Source of the DNA: Candidatus Woesearchaeota archaeon
GTDB lineage: Archaea > Nanobdellota > Nanobdellia > Woesearchaeales > UBA9989
Direction: 5' to 3'
Assembly: GCA_013329045.1 (NCBI GenBank)
Contig: DUKZ01000038.1
Location: forward strand, 126,294-190,293
DNA: 64,000 nt
In this document: piece after piece, positions 8,585 through 18,597 of the stretch
How positions within the stretch are numbered: the first letter of the stretch is position 1
Layout: the number at the start of each line of letters is the position of its first letter
The notes under the pieces: generated by a model
Told to the model about the DNA's origin: nothing
Databases searched by the model: none
What the model saw: the letters and a program-made list of their open reading frames with translations, nothing else
Position numbers and translations under genes: made by a program

Positions 8585-9721
8585 ATGATAATAGAAATAG
8601 ATAGAGGATTGGCAGACGAAGAGACATTAACCACTGTTTATGAGATCCTCGGGGGAGCGGGAATCACCCCTGATGAGGTTGAAGAGATCATTGGAGAACG
8701 AAGGATCATTCTTGGCGTGAAGGTCAACCTAGCAGGCCTCGCGCTTGATGACAACAGGATTGCTGGAGTGCATGGAGTGATGGCTGTTGATAGGATATCC
8801 CCCAAATACAAATTGGCGAGCCTACAATGGGGAGAGCGGACCAATGGGGGGCATTCAAAAGTGATTATCCCTTCACCTCAAGGGGAGATTATTATTGGGG
8901 GGGATGGGCTTGTTGTCATATCAGGACCTTGCTCTTGTGAGGATTATGAATCGATGACAAGAATTGGCGGACTTGTCAATGCTGCTGGCGCGCATTTGAT
9001 GAGAGCTGGCGCTTATAAGCCAAGAACGAGCCCCTATGATTTCCAGGGACTTCGGGCAGAAGCTCGACCGATCATTGAACGGATAATGCAAGAAACAGGT
9101 TTTGGATTTGTCTGTGAAGCAACAGGAATAGAAGCAGCAGAGGACCTTGCCTTGTATGCCAGCATGATACAGATCGGTGCACGAAACGCACAGAACTATG
9201 ACCTTTTGAAAAAGGTAGCGGAACTGACAGCAAACCCTGATGACCCAAAACACTCTCTTCCTGTGCTGTTAAAACATTCAATGTCTCCCACCTTAGATGT
9301 ATTCCTAAACTCAGCAGAATATATACTCGCTGGAGGAAACCCAAATGTAGTCCTTTGTGTTAGGGGGGCACAGACAATTGAAAAAGGGGATGTGCTCCGC
9401 AACACTGCGATGTTAGAGTATATCCCTCTGCTTAAACAGGCAAGCCATTTACCAGTCTGCTATGATCCCAGTCATGTTGGAAGAAGAGACCTTGTCTTTG
9501 ATCTATCCCTTGCTGCTGTGGAGATGGGTGCGGATGCATTGATTGTTGAGTCCCACTATGATCCTGAACGGGCAAAGTCTGATGGTGGACAAACAATATA
9601 TGCCGGGCCGCTTGAAGGACGGAATGTTTCTCCAAAGCAACGGCTTGATGTACTCATCCCAGAAGTGATGGCCACCTACCACCGAAGAAGGGAGTGGGAA
9701 GAACGGCTCCATAACCTTTAA
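8585..9721 (+). CDS. 3-deoxy-7-phosphoheptulonate (DAHP) synthase, type I-beta, with N-terminal ferredoxin-like regulatory domain
   Basis: Motifs GPCSCED, KPRTSPYDFQG, IGARNAQNY, LLKHSMS, DPSH and VESH..SDG align with Thermotoga/Pyrococcus-type DAHPS, and the metal ligands C/H/E/D are present. GGAGG RBS upstream. Confidence 0.8.
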   Translation: MIIEIDRGLADEETLTTVYEILGGAGITPDEVEEIIGERRIILGVKVNLAGLALDDNRIAGVHGVMAVDRISPKYKLASLQWGERTNGGHSKVIIPSPQGEIIIGGDGLVVISGPCSCEDYESMTRIGGLVNAAGAHLMRAGAYKPRTSPYDFQGLRAEARPIIERIMQETGFGFVCEATGIEAAEDLALYASMIQIGARNAQNYDLLKKVAELTANPDDPKHSLPVLLKHSMSPTLDVFLNSAEYILAGGNPNVVLCVRGAQTIEKGDVLRNTAMLEYIPLLKQASHLPVCYDPSHVGRRDLVFDLSLAAVEMGADALIVESHYDPERAKSDGGQTIYAGPLEGRNVSPKQRLDVLIPEVMATYHRRREWEERLHNL

Positions 9722-9745
9722 AAAAACGACGAGGCTCTAGCTATT

Positions 9746-11281
9746 ATGGACATAAAAAACATTGCAGCAAGCCTGCACCATTATGAAAGAAACGTGCTTC
9801 CCCTGCTGCAAGAGTATTCCCTCTTCTCTGACATCGTGAAAGAGACGGGGATGCAAGATGTGCAGGTGATGCGGGCGATCCAATGGCTGACAAACAAAGG
9901 ACTCGTCACAGCCTCTACAACTGAGGAAGAGATATGCGTCCTTGAAAAAAATGGGGAAGCCTATCGGACCTTGGGCCTGCCTGAACGACGATTCCTCCAA
10001 GCCGTCGCTGAAGGTGCCACGTGGCAGGATGCCGTCATCAAAAAAGCAGGCATAGAAAAGGAAGAACTCAACATCAGCATTGGGGAACTTAAAAAAAAGG
10101 CTGCCATCGAAGTTTCCAAGGATCAGGAGGGTATGCGCTTTTCCCTGACCCCTGCCGGGAAAAAGCTTCTGGAGAGACCATCCCTTGAAGAAGCATTCCT
10201 GAAAAAAACGTTCCCTCTTGCGACTCATTCCCTTACCGAAGAGGGGGTGTATGCACTCGGTGAACTCAAAAAACGAAAGGAGATCATCAAAATAGTCAAG
10301 GAGAAAACAATCACTGTTTTTCTGTCTTCCCTTGGAAAAGAGGTTCTTAAAGTCGGGTTGAAAGATGAAGATGTCATTGATCGCGTGACAGCTGAAACCC
10401 TTTCTAGCAGGTCTTGGAAACACAAGACCTTTCGCCGGTATGATGTATGCATCAATGTCCCGAAGATCGCTGGCGGGAAGAGGCATATTGTGAATCAGGC
10501 TGCCCGGTACATCAAAAAAATATGGCTTGAGATGGGTTTCGAAGAGATGGAAGGAAACCTTGTCCAGACAAGCTTTTGGGACCTTGATGCATTATTTGTC
10601 CCTCAAGACCATCCCGCGAGGGCAATGCAGGATACGTTCTACATCAAAGACCCAAAAAATGGAACACTGCCAAAAGAACTCGCAGAGAAGGTCAAAGCGA
10701 CACATGAACGGGGATGGAATACTGGAAGCCGGGGCTGGGGCGGGGCTTGGAGCGCTGCCAAAGCAAAAGAAAATCTGCTTCGGACACATACTACTGTGCT
10801 ATCAGCCCAGACGATTGCAAAACTCAAGGCAGAAGATTTGCCAAAAAAATATTTTTCTGTAGCAAAAGTGTTCAGGAATGAGGCATTGGACTGGAAACAC
10901 CTCTTTGAATTCTACCAGGTTGAAGGCATTGTTGTTGATCCTGACGCGAACCTCAAACACCTTATTGGGTATCTGCGAGAATTCTATCGGAAGATGGGGT
11001 TTAGTGATGTGCGGATCAGGCCAGCGCATTTCCCTTATACTGAGCCCTCACTTGAAGTCGATGTGTACCATCCCGAACGAAAGGTTTGGATCGAGCTTGG
11101 GGGTGCTGGGATATTCAGGCCGGAAGTTGTTGTGCCACTGCTCGGCAAGGATGTGCCGGTACTCGCATGGGGCCAAGGCCTGGAACGAGGCATCATGGAC
11201 TATTACAAACTCACAGACCTTCGGGATCTCTACAAAAATGATATAAAACAATTGCAGGAACTGCCCTGCTGGATGAAATAA
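9746..11281 (+). CDS. pheS: phenylalanyl-tRNA synthetase alpha subunit
   Basis: 511 aa. Class II motifs: FVPQDHPARAMQDTFY, LRTHTT, FRNEALDWKHLFEFYQVEG, GAGIFRPEV. Confidence 0.93.
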   Translation: MDIKNIAASLHHYERNVLPLLQEYSLFSDIVKETGMQDVQVMRAIQWLTNKGLVTASTTEEEICVLEKNGEAYRTLGLPERRFLQAVAEGATWQDAVIKKAGIEKEELNISIGELKKKAAIEVSKDQEGMRFSLTPAGKKLLERPSLEEAFLKKTFPLATHSLTEEGVYALGELKKRKEIIKIVKEKTITVFLSSLGKEVLKVGLKDEDVIDRVTAETLSSRSWKHKTFRRYDVCINVPKIAGGKRHIVNQAARYIKKIWLEMGFEEMEGNLVQTSFWDLDALFVPQDHPARAMQDTFYIKDPKNGTLPKELAEKVKATHERGWNTGSRGWGGAWSAAKAKENLLRTHTTVLSAQTIAKLKAEDLPKKYFSVAKVFRNEALDWKHLFEFYQVEGIVVDPDANLKHLIGYLREFYRKMGFSDVRIRPAHFPYTEPSLEVDVYHPERKVWIELGGAGIFRPEVVVPLLGKDVPVLAWGQGLERGIMDYYKLTDLRDLYKNDIKQLQELPCWMK

Positions 11282-12939
11282 TGCCTACTGTCACCTTAAA
11301 CCGGATCGTGTTTGAAAAGCTTGTCGAAAAAAAGCTTCCCCTCGAAAAGCTCAAGGAAAGGATCAGCTATCTTGGGACTGACCTAGAGAGCGTGACTGAT
11401 ACGGAGATTACTGTCGAGATATTTCCGAACAGGCCAGATCTCTTGTCTGAACAAGGATTTGCAAGGGCGTTTGCACAATTCATCGGGACAAAGCCTGGGC
11501 TTGCCTCTTATACTGCAAAGAAAAGTGATTATCAGGTAATCATCGATAAGTCTGTGAGCGCTGTTCGCCCTTATACGGCATGTGCTGTTATCAAGGGGCT
11601 TTCCTTTGATGATGAAAAGATCAGGGAGGTTGTGCAGATACAAGAAAAACTGCATATCACCTATGGCAGAAACAGGGAAAAAGTAGCTATTGGAATATAC
11701 CCCTTTGAAAAGATAACTCTCCCCATCCATTTTGTCGGAAAAAAACCACAGGATATTGTCTTTCAGGCACTTGAATCTCCTAAAGAAATGGACTCCCTTC
11801 GAATCCTTCGAGACCATAAAGCCGGAAGAGAATACGGGCATCTGCTTGAAGGAAAAGAGAGATTCCCCGTGTTCATCGATGCGAAGGGAAAAGTGTTATC
11901 CTTGCCACCCATCATCAACAGCCATGAGACCGGAAAAATAACTGAAGAGACAAGAGACATCTTCATCGAATGCTCAGGATTCTCTTTTGAAGCATTATCC
12001 ACCTGCCTCAACATCCTTGTTAGCACCCTTGCTGATATGGGCGGACAAATCTATGAAATGGACCTTGTGTACCCTGACAAGACACTCAAGAGCCCAGCGC
12101 TCGAGCCCAGCAGGAAACCCTTAGACCTTCCTTATGTGAACTTGCTTCTTGGGCTTTCTTTGAAGGAGAAGGATGCCAAGATGTATCTTGAACGGATGGG
12201 GTATGGGTATGAGAACGGCGAGGTTCTGGTGCCCTGCTACCGGGCAGATATCCTTCATCAAGTTGACTTTTGCGAAGACATCGCCATCGCGTATGGATAC
12301 GAGAATTTTACCCCTGTGATACCTGCCGTTGCAACTATTGGCAAAGAGAGAGGCATGGCTGTCTTCTCAGACAAGATAGCTGAGATCCTTATTGGTCTTG
12401 GAATCCAGGAATGCAACACGTTCCACCTTGGAACAAAAGAATCCCAAAATGAGAAGATGGGGGCGCATCTTGATATCATCGAGCTTGCGAATCCTTCCAG
12501 CATGGAATACCATGCCCTTCGAGGATGGATGATCCCTTCACTCCTTTCTGTCTTGGAAGCAAACAAGCGCCATGATTACCCCCAATCATTCTTTGACATT
12601 GGGACGGTATTCAAGAGGGGTGATACGGAAACTGGGGTTGTCGAGCATATCCGCCTTGGGGTGGTTCTCTGCGGGAAGGATATTGATTTCACAAAGATCA
12701 AGCAAGTGGCTGATTACCTCCTCCGAATGATCAGCGTATCATACACAATGGTGGAAGCAGAGCATCCAAGCTTCATCCCTGGACGATGCGCCCGGGTGGT
12801 TATTGGCAACGAGAAAATGGCATATATCGGCGAAGTCCATCCAACCGTGCTCGAGCGCTGGGGAATAACATTTCCTGTCGGGGCAATGGAACTGAACTTG
12901 ACGGAGTTACTGCCCCAAATCAATAAGAAGGATAATTAG
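11281..12939 (+). CDS. pheT: phenylalanyl-tRNA synthetase beta subunit
   Basis: 552 aa archaeal-type PheT (B3/4 and B5 domains). TAATG overlap with pheS. Confidence 0.92.
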   Translation: MPTVTLNRIVFEKLVEKKLPLEKLKERISYLGTDLESVTDTEITVEIFPNRPDLLSEQGFARAFAQFIGTKPGLASYTAKKSDYQVIIDKSVSAVRPYTACAVIKGLSFDDEKIREVVQIQEKLHITYGRNREKVAIGIYPFEKITLPIHFVGKKPQDIVFQALESPKEMDSLRILRDHKAGREYGHLLEGKERFPVFIDAKGKVLSLPPIINSHETGKITEETRDIFIECSGFSFEALSTCLNILVSTLADMGGQIYEMDLVYPDKTLKSPALEPSRKPLDLPYVNLLLGLSLKEKDAKMYLERMGYGYENGEVLVPCYRADILHQVDFCEDIAIAYGYENFTPVIPAVATIGKERGMAVFSDKIAEILIGLGIQECNTFHLGTKESQNEKMGAHLDIIELANPSSMEYHALRGWMIPSLLSVLEANKRHDYPQSFFDIGTVFKRGDTETGVVEHIRLGVVLCGKDIDFTKIKQVADYLLRMISVSYTMVEAEHPSFIPGRCARVVIGNEKMAYIGEVHPTVLERWGITFPVGAMELNLTELLPQINKKDN

Positions 12940-13026
12940 ATTAATAATCAGATTATTCTCATCGCGTATTATAATTAAAAATAATTAATAATTCGAAGAA
13001 ACATATTCAGAAATTTGATAAAGACC

Positions 13027-13290
13027 CTAAATAATATCCTCTTCAGCAATGACCAAGAAATCACCCATGGCAATAACTGCTGAGAAAGGGATCAGAATTG
13101 AGCCATCTTTTGCCTTTTCAAGGTTCAACTTGGCAACATACTGGGTCGGGTTGCCAAGGATGACATGGATGAGCTCGCCAGATCTGGCTTCAAAGATGAT
13201 ATCACCTACCTCCCCAAAGCGCTTGCCTGCCTTTGAGACGACAACTTTTCCAATGAGTTCCTTAGAAAACTTTTTTTCGTCGTCAGCCAT
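13027..13290 (-). CDS. PRC-barrel domain protein
   Basis: 87 aa. LIGKVVVSKAGKRFGEVGDIIFEARSGELIHVIL...ILIPFSAVIAMGDFLVI is a typical PRC barrel. Confidence 0.7.
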   Translation of the reverse strand: MADDEKKFSKELIGKVVVSKAGKRFGEVGDIIFEARSGELIHVILGNPTQYVAKLNLEKAKDGSILIPFSAVIAMGDFLVIAEEDII

Positions 13291-13406
13291 GTTCTCCCTC
13301 TGGAGAAATGGACGCCTGTAATATATAAATGTTTCTATGGGGGAAAAGTCACATTATCTCCTTAAAAACCAAAACATTAAAGAAACACACCCTTTTATCT
13401 CTCCCC

Positions 13407-14480
13407 ATGGATGTGCACGAAAAAGTGGACCTTGTCAAGCAAGTAGGTGAAGAGATCCTGACGGAAGAGGAACTCGTGACCTTATTTGAGACAAAAGACC
13501 GTCCTATTGCGTATGACGGATTTGAGCCATCAGGCCAGCTCCATATCGCCCAGGGAATCCTTCGGGCAATAAATGTCAATAAAATGATTTCTGCGAATGT
13601 CCATTTCAAGATGTGGGTTGCCGACTGGTTTGGATGGATGAACAATAAAATGGGAGGCGATCTGGACAAGATCAGGACGGTTGGCGAATACCAGATCGAG
13701 ACATGGAAAGCATGCGGAATGAGCACAGACAAGGTCGAATTCTTATGGTCAAAAGATTCTATGGCAGATGATGAATACTGGAAGAAAGTCGTCCAAATAG
13801 CAAGGCATAACACAGTCACACGGATCGTTCGGTGCTCACAAATCATGGGACGGTCGGAAAAAGACCAGCTTTCTGCTGCCCAGATATTCTATCCTTGCAT
13901 GCAATGCGCTGACATCTTCCATCTTGAAGCTGACATCACCCAGCTTGGGATGGACCAGCGAAAAGTAAATGTCCTTGCAAGGGAGGTTGGCCCAAAACTT
14001 GGGTGGTGGAAACCTATTGTTGTCAATCATCATATGCTCATGGGACTCTCTGCACCCCCCTCTGATGTGAGTGATCCTGTGGAGCGCGCGCTGGCTATGA
14101 AAATGTCAAAATCCAGGCCGGAGACAGCAATCTTCATGACTGATTCTACTGAAGAAGTGACCAGCAAGATCAACAAAGCATACTGCCCTGAAGGGCAGGT
14201 GAATGAGAATCCCCTTCTTGAATACTGGCGATACATCCTGTTTGAGAAATATCCTTCTTTGACAATTGAGCGACCAGAGAAGTTTGGCGGGTCACTTGAG
14301 TTCCATAACTATCCCTCACTTGAGGATGCATTTTCCAAAAAAGATATACATCCTCTTGACCTTAAAAAAGCTACAATCCATTATGTCGATGAACTCCTCG
14401 ACCCGGTCAGAAAGCATTTTTCATCAGGAAAACCCCAACAACTCCTCGAAGAAGTCCAAAGCTTTTCAGTCACTCGATAG
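13407..14480 (+). CDS. tyrS: tyrosyl-tRNA synthetase (archaeal type)
   Basis: GFEPSGQLHIAQG (HIGH-like), KMSKS, NKAYCPEG and TIERPEKFGGSL closely parallel M. jannaschii TyrRS. Start at ATG 13407. Confidence 0.9.
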   Translation: MDVHEKVDLVKQVGEEILTEEELVTLFETKDRPIAYDGFEPSGQLHIAQGILRAINVNKMISANVHFKMWVADWFGWMNNKMGGDLDKIRTVGEYQIETWKACGMSTDKVEFLWSKDSMADDEYWKKVVQIARHNTVTRIVRCSQIMGRSEKDQLSAAQIFYPCMQCADIFHLEADITQLGMDQRKVNVLAREVGPKLGWWKPIVVNHHMLMGLSAPPSDVSDPVERALAMKMSKSRPETAIFMTDSTEEVTSKINKAYCPEGQVNENPLLEYWRYILFEKYPSLTIERPEKFGGSLEFHNYPSLEDAFSKKDIHPLDLKKATIHYVDELLDPVRKHFSSGKPQQLLEEVQSFSVTR

Positions 14481-15678
14481 GCTCAATCAGGCCCATTGCA
14501 TAATTCTCTGAAAATATCTTTCCTGCAACCCGTGCAATATCCTCTTTTGATACCTTCCTTACCTTCTTGATGTACTCATCAATAGATGACCCCGCATGGG
14601 CCAATTGTCCGGCATCATCAGCGCATCTTTTTGTCTCCTCATGATCTACTGACATGCTTCCTTCAATGAACTCCTTTGCATCCTTCAGCTCACCTTCTTC
14701 GATGTCTTGGAGCTTTGCTGTGAGATCATAAAACACTTTGAGAATCTTTGGGATGTTCTTCTTTGGCGAATTTACGTAAATCGAGAAGTATCCAAATGAG
14801 TATTGGTTCTCCTGATGACAGCCGATCTGATAGGCAAGGCCCCTCTTGTTCCTGACCTCCTCAAAGAGCCAACTGGATTGGCCTTTGCCCAGCACTACTT
14901 CTATGACATCAAGGACGATGGTATCTGGATTATTCCTTGGGCTCGCTGGATAACCAAACGCAAGGTACCCCTGTTCGATCTTCCTTTGCTCTTTTATGAC
15001 CGATTTTTTTGTGAGCCTCGGGAGAATTACCTTCCTCTTGATAGCCCCTCTTGGAAGAAGGCTGAATGACCTTTCCAATAACATGCAAATCCTCTTCTCA
15101 TCTACAATGTTGCCACAGACAACAAACACCACATTCTCCGCAGTATATGTCTCTTTGTAATACTCAAGAAGCCTTTCCCTTGAAAAAGATCTAATATCCT
15201 TTGTGTACCCAATGACTGGGTGCTCAAGAGGGGTTTTCCTATAGAGCGCCCTCATGAACAATTCCCATTGGTGATGGACTGGCTGATCGCGATAGAGATC
15301 TATCTCCCTGCAGATCACTTCCTTCTCTTTTTCAATATCCTCTGACTTGAGAAGAGGATTGCAAATCATGTCCGCCAGCACATCTATTGCCAGAGGGAGA
15401 TGCTTTTCCATGATAGAAACATAGAACGCTGTTCGCTCCTGGGAAGTATACGCATTAAGCTCACCTCCCTTTGCTTCGATACACTTTGCTATCTCCCGCG
15501 GCGTTTGCCGCTTCTTTGCGCCTAAAAAGACAGCATGCTCCATGAAATGAGATGCGCCTCTCAACCCTTCCCTTTCGTACAAGGACCCTACATTAAAGAG
15601 CACTTCCACTGTCACTGTCTTTCCTGGTCTTTGAATCAAGAGAACACGCGCTCCACTTGCCAACTTGGTGAGCTTCAT
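14470..15678 (-). CDS. M16-family zinc peptidase (pitrilysin-like)
   Basis: HFMEH (HxxEH) zinc motif near the N-terminus. Start trimmed to MKLTKL (ATG 15678), because the longer ORF overlaps the divergent M24 gene. Confidence 0.85.
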   Translation of the reverse strand: MKLTKLASGARVLLIQRPGKTVTVEVLFNVGSLYEREGLRGASHFMEHAVFLGAKKRQTPREIAKCIEAKGGELNAYTSQERTAFYVSIMEKHLPLAIDVLADMICNPLLKSEDIEKEKEVICREIDLYRDQPVHHQWELFMRALYRKTPLEHPVIGYTKDIRSFSRERLLEYYKETYTAENVVFVVCGNIVDEKRICMLLERSFSLLPRGAIKRKVILPRLTKKSVIKEQRKIEQGYLAFGYPASPRNNPDTIVLDVIEVVLGKGQSSWLFEEVRNKRGLAYQIGCHQENQYSFGYFSIYVNSPKKNIPKILKVFYDLTAKLQDIEEGELKDAKEFIEGSMSVDHEETKRCADDAGQLAHAGSSIDEYIKKVRKVSKEDIARVAGKIFSENYAMGLIEPIE

Positions 15679-15720
15679 ATAATAAACAAAAAGTACATAA
15701 AGGTATAAGAAGTTTGTGTT

Positions 15721-16800
15721 ATGATGAGGATCAAAGATTTTCAGGTTGAACTGAGGAAAAAAGGCGTTGATATTGCACTTTTCATGAATACTTCGCTCTA
15801 TCGGATGGATCCTACACTCTTCTATTTTACCCGGCTCCAGCTGGAATATGCATTCCTTGTCATGCCTGCATCTGGAACGCCCTATCTTGTTGTGCCAGGA
15901 TTTGAGCATGAACGGGCAAAGCAAAGCTCTTCTGTCAAACCAGTCCTTTCTGTACCCAAAGGAAAAAAACCACTCGAAATTATCTCCAAACGAAGCCATG
16001 CGAAGACTATCGGAGTGCACAAAGCCTGGCTTTCCCTCTCTGAGTCCCTTGCCATCAGAAAACACTTTGGCCATGTGAAGCTCCTCGACCTCACTGAAGA
16101 TCTCACCTTGCTACGCCAAGAAAAAACAGCTGAAGAGATACGCCTGATCATGCACGCATGCACATTGACGTGCCGGCTCTATAAGGAGGTATACAAAAAA
16201 TTTTCCCTTTTTACTTCTGAAAAAGATATTGCAAAATATCTCTTTCTTCGCACAACTGAACTTGGATGCAAGCCAGCATTCAATCCGATTGTTGCATCCG
16301 GAAAACATGCCAGCCTTCCCCATGCACTCCCCTCAGACAAGCCATTGGAAAAAGGATTCCTCGTGATTGATTATGGGGTGATGTATAAGGGATATTGCTC
16401 TGATGTGACAAGAACAGTTTTTATTGGAACACCGACACAAAAGGAGAAAGACACTTATGAACAAATCCTGCGGGTGCAGCTTCATGCGATCCACTCCTGC
16501 ACACCTGGCATTTCCTGCAGCACCCTTGATAAACAAGTCCGAGTTGAGCTTGGGAGCCAAAACAAATATTTTACCCATAGCCTTGGCCACGGATTTGGCA
16601 TACACATCCATGAACAGCCAAATATCTCGTCTACCTCAAAAGACATCCTCACTGAAGGCACAGTCTTCACGATCGAACCTGGCATCTATCCAAAAACATT
16701 CGGCATCAGGATCGAAGATGACCTTCTTATGACTCATCGCGGAGGAAAAGTTCTCACTCCCCTGCCAAAAAAATTACGGGTCTTTCCACATCCACGATGA
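15721..16800 (+). CDS. Xaa-Pro aminopeptidase/dipeptidase (M24B)
   Basis: Pita-bread fold motifs: DYGVMYKGYCSDVTRT, HSLGHGFGIHIHE, FTIEPGIY, IRIEDD. Confidence 0.87.
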   Translation: MMRIKDFQVELRKKGVDIALFMNTSLYRMDPTLFYFTRLQLEYAFLVMPASGTPYLVVPGFEHERAKQSSSVKPVLSVPKGKKPLEIISKRSHAKTIGVHKAWLSLSESLAIRKHFGHVKLLDLTEDLTLLRQEKTAEEIRLIMHACTLTCRLYKEVYKKFSLFTSEKDIAKYLFLRTTELGCKPAFNPIVASGKHASLPHALPSDKPLEKGFLVIDYGVMYKGYCSDVTRTVFIGTPTQKEKDTYEQILRVQLHAIHSCTPGISCSTLDKQVRVELGSQNKYFTHSLGHGFGIHIHEQPNISSTSKDILTEGTVFTIEPGIYPKTFGIRIEDDLLMTHRGGKVLTPLPKKLRVFPHPR

Positions 16801-18554
16801 ACTATTCCACATTCTCCCATACTGTTAAACAATATCTCAATGAGTTTTCATCCCTGAAACGAAAAAAAGGAACTGTGCTCGTGTCCTTTGATCATTCTGA
16901 GACTGCGCTCTTTTCAATTGCACCACTCTCCTGCGCTCTAGACACCCTTGGCACCGACCTCCATGTTACCTCCAACAAACAATCTCTCGAGAACCTAAAG
17001 AAGATGTGGGATGCAGCAGAAGAACTGAAACGAGGGGAAAAAACATCAAAAGCTCTTGCGCTCCAAACATTCCTTTCCTTTTGCCCAAAAGAATTCAAAG
17101 ATAGCCTGCAACGACCAATTCTTACCCTTGCCACTTCACCAAAAGGATTTGCCTATGATGGAGGGATATTACCCTACCATACGACATGGGCAAAACCACG
17201 CCTAGAAAAAGCGCTCAAGAAAACTGCCCAAGTAGTCTGGAAAGAAGTCTTTGCCTTGAAGAAATCAGAACATGTCAATATCACTTTTGAACCTGTCCCT
17301 CGCATAAAAGGGCTTGAGCTTCCTTTAGATGATTATCTTGATTCCTACTTTATCACCCAGGCAATGATAGACGCCTGCCCCTCTTCATTTGTCAACCTCC
17401 AAACGCATACAAACAGGGAATCTTCCAGGGACTCCCCTGTCCCCCCAGCAGACCTTTCTGCAACACTTCTTGGCTGTGAGCTTTCCAAAGAGAGCAAAGA
17501 GCCAGTCTTTGCCGCGTATCGGAAGATGTCTGAAACACTCCATCTTCTCCCTCCAATCATCCCTCAAGCTGTCTTTGGCATCTATGCAAAAGGGTACAAT
17601 GGCAAGCATGTCTTTGGTGAACAGATAGGCTATCCAACCCCCAATGGCAAGACTCGGTGGCAAACTCCAAGCAATATCCTGTTTAAGTTTGACTTCTTGC
17701 CACAATCTCTCGAGGACTCCCGACCCCCACAGAGCAGAATAGGGTTTACTGAGACACTCCCCATCGATGTCTTCATCCAGAGTGTTCATGTTGATTATCG
17801 ACGCATGACCATCCTGAGCAAACGGATCAAAAAAATCCTAGATGATTCAGTCAGGGTCCATGTGGTGGGAAAACCACAAGGAAAATACCAGACAAAGCTG
17901 GTTGTGCATCTCGAGAAGGAAGGAAAAAGGTATCTTAACCGGGTCAGCGTATCAAATGTTAAGCACATCATCAATCCATTCATCAAAAAAGAACGAGGGG
18001 TGGAGACTGGGATGATGGGAAATATTCCCAGCGGAGAAACATTTACGACTCCTGTATCCATGGATGGCACATTCATTGGGGATGTGGTTATTGCCATCGA
18101 CCAAAGTTATCTGCTCTCACCCAAAAAACCAATCATTGTCTCTGTAAAAGACGGATTTTACACCGTTATCTCAGGGGATAAGAGAATCCTTTCCAAGCTT
18201 GAGAAAAAAAAGAAAGATTCATGGGCACACATCATGGAACTCTCGAAGAACCCTGCTGTATCAAAAGAACTCATAGAACAAAAAAAGGCCAATTTTAACA
18301 GGATTGGGGAGTTTGCCATCAACACCAACCCAAAGGCAAAGCTGTGCGATTACCTGATTGTCAATGAGAAAATTGCGAACATGATCCATATCGCGCTTGG
18401 CTCTGGATATGAAACGGACAGGGACACAGAGTATCATGTAGACATCGTGATCAACAGCCCCCGCCAACAGCTTGATTTGTATGGAGAAGACGCCTCTGGA
18501 CGCATCTTTCCGATACATAAAAATGGACATTTTATCCCTTCACTCGTGCGGTAG
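16797..18554 (+). CDS. M29 (aminopeptidase T/AmpS)-like aminopeptidase with long N-terminal extension
   Basis: The C-terminal half carries GNIPSGETFTTP, EFAINTNP, IHIALGSGYE and EYHVDIV, resembling thermophilic-metalloprotease M29 motifs. At 585 aa it is ~180 aa longer than typical members. Confidence 0.6.
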   Translation: MNYSTFSHTVKQYLNEFSSLKRKKGTVLVSFDHSETALFSIAPLSCALDTLGTDLHVTSNKQSLENLKKMWDAAEELKRGEKTSKALALQTFLSFCPKEFKDSLQRPILTLATSPKGFAYDGGILPYHTTWAKPRLEKALKKTAQVVWKEVFALKKSEHVNITFEPVPRIKGLELPLDDYLDSYFITQAMIDACPSSFVNLQTHTNRESSRDSPVPPADLSATLLGCELSKESKEPVFAAYRKMSETLHLLPPIIPQAVFGIYAKGYNGKHVFGEQIGYPTPNGKTRWQTPSNILFKFDFLPQSLEDSRPPQSRIGFTETLPIDVFIQSVHVDYRRMTILSKRIKKILDDSVRVHVVGKPQGKYQTKLVVHLEKEGKRYLNRVSVSNVKHIINPFIKKERGVETGMMGNIPSGETFTTPVSMDGTFIGDVVIAIDQSYLLSPKKPIIVSVKDGFYTVISGDKRILSKLEKKKKDSWAHIMELSKNPAVSKELIEQKKANFNRIGEFAINTNPKAKLCDYLIVNEKIANMIHIALGSGYETDRDTEYHVDIVINSPRQQLDLYGEDASGRIFPIHKNGHFIPSLVR

Positions 18555-18564
18555 AGTCAAACCA

Positions 18565-18576
18565 AATATTTATAAA
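18565..18576 (+). promoter_or_regulatory. TATA-box candidate for pan
   Basis: AATATTTATAAA ends 22 nt before ATG 18598. Confidence 0.45.
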
Positions 18577-18597
18577 CCCACAAACGTTCTTTCTCTG

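Noticed and set aside
9737-10486. 249-aa ORF antisense to pheS. Similar long antisense ORFs occur at 19050-19703 (opposite pan), 62148-62807 (opposite aglB), 5036-5611, 7179-7703, 13349-13846, 29990-30454, 31574-31987 and 42314-42868.
   Set aside because: Each lies fully inside a confidently identified gene on the other strand and has a biased, family-less translation. These are typical shadow ORFs.
15679-16074. 132-aa N-terminal extension of the M16 peptidase ORF.
   Set aside because: The extension overlaps the divergent M24 aminopeptidase gene and has no peptidase similarity. The M16 fold and the HFMEH motif begin right after Met at 15678.
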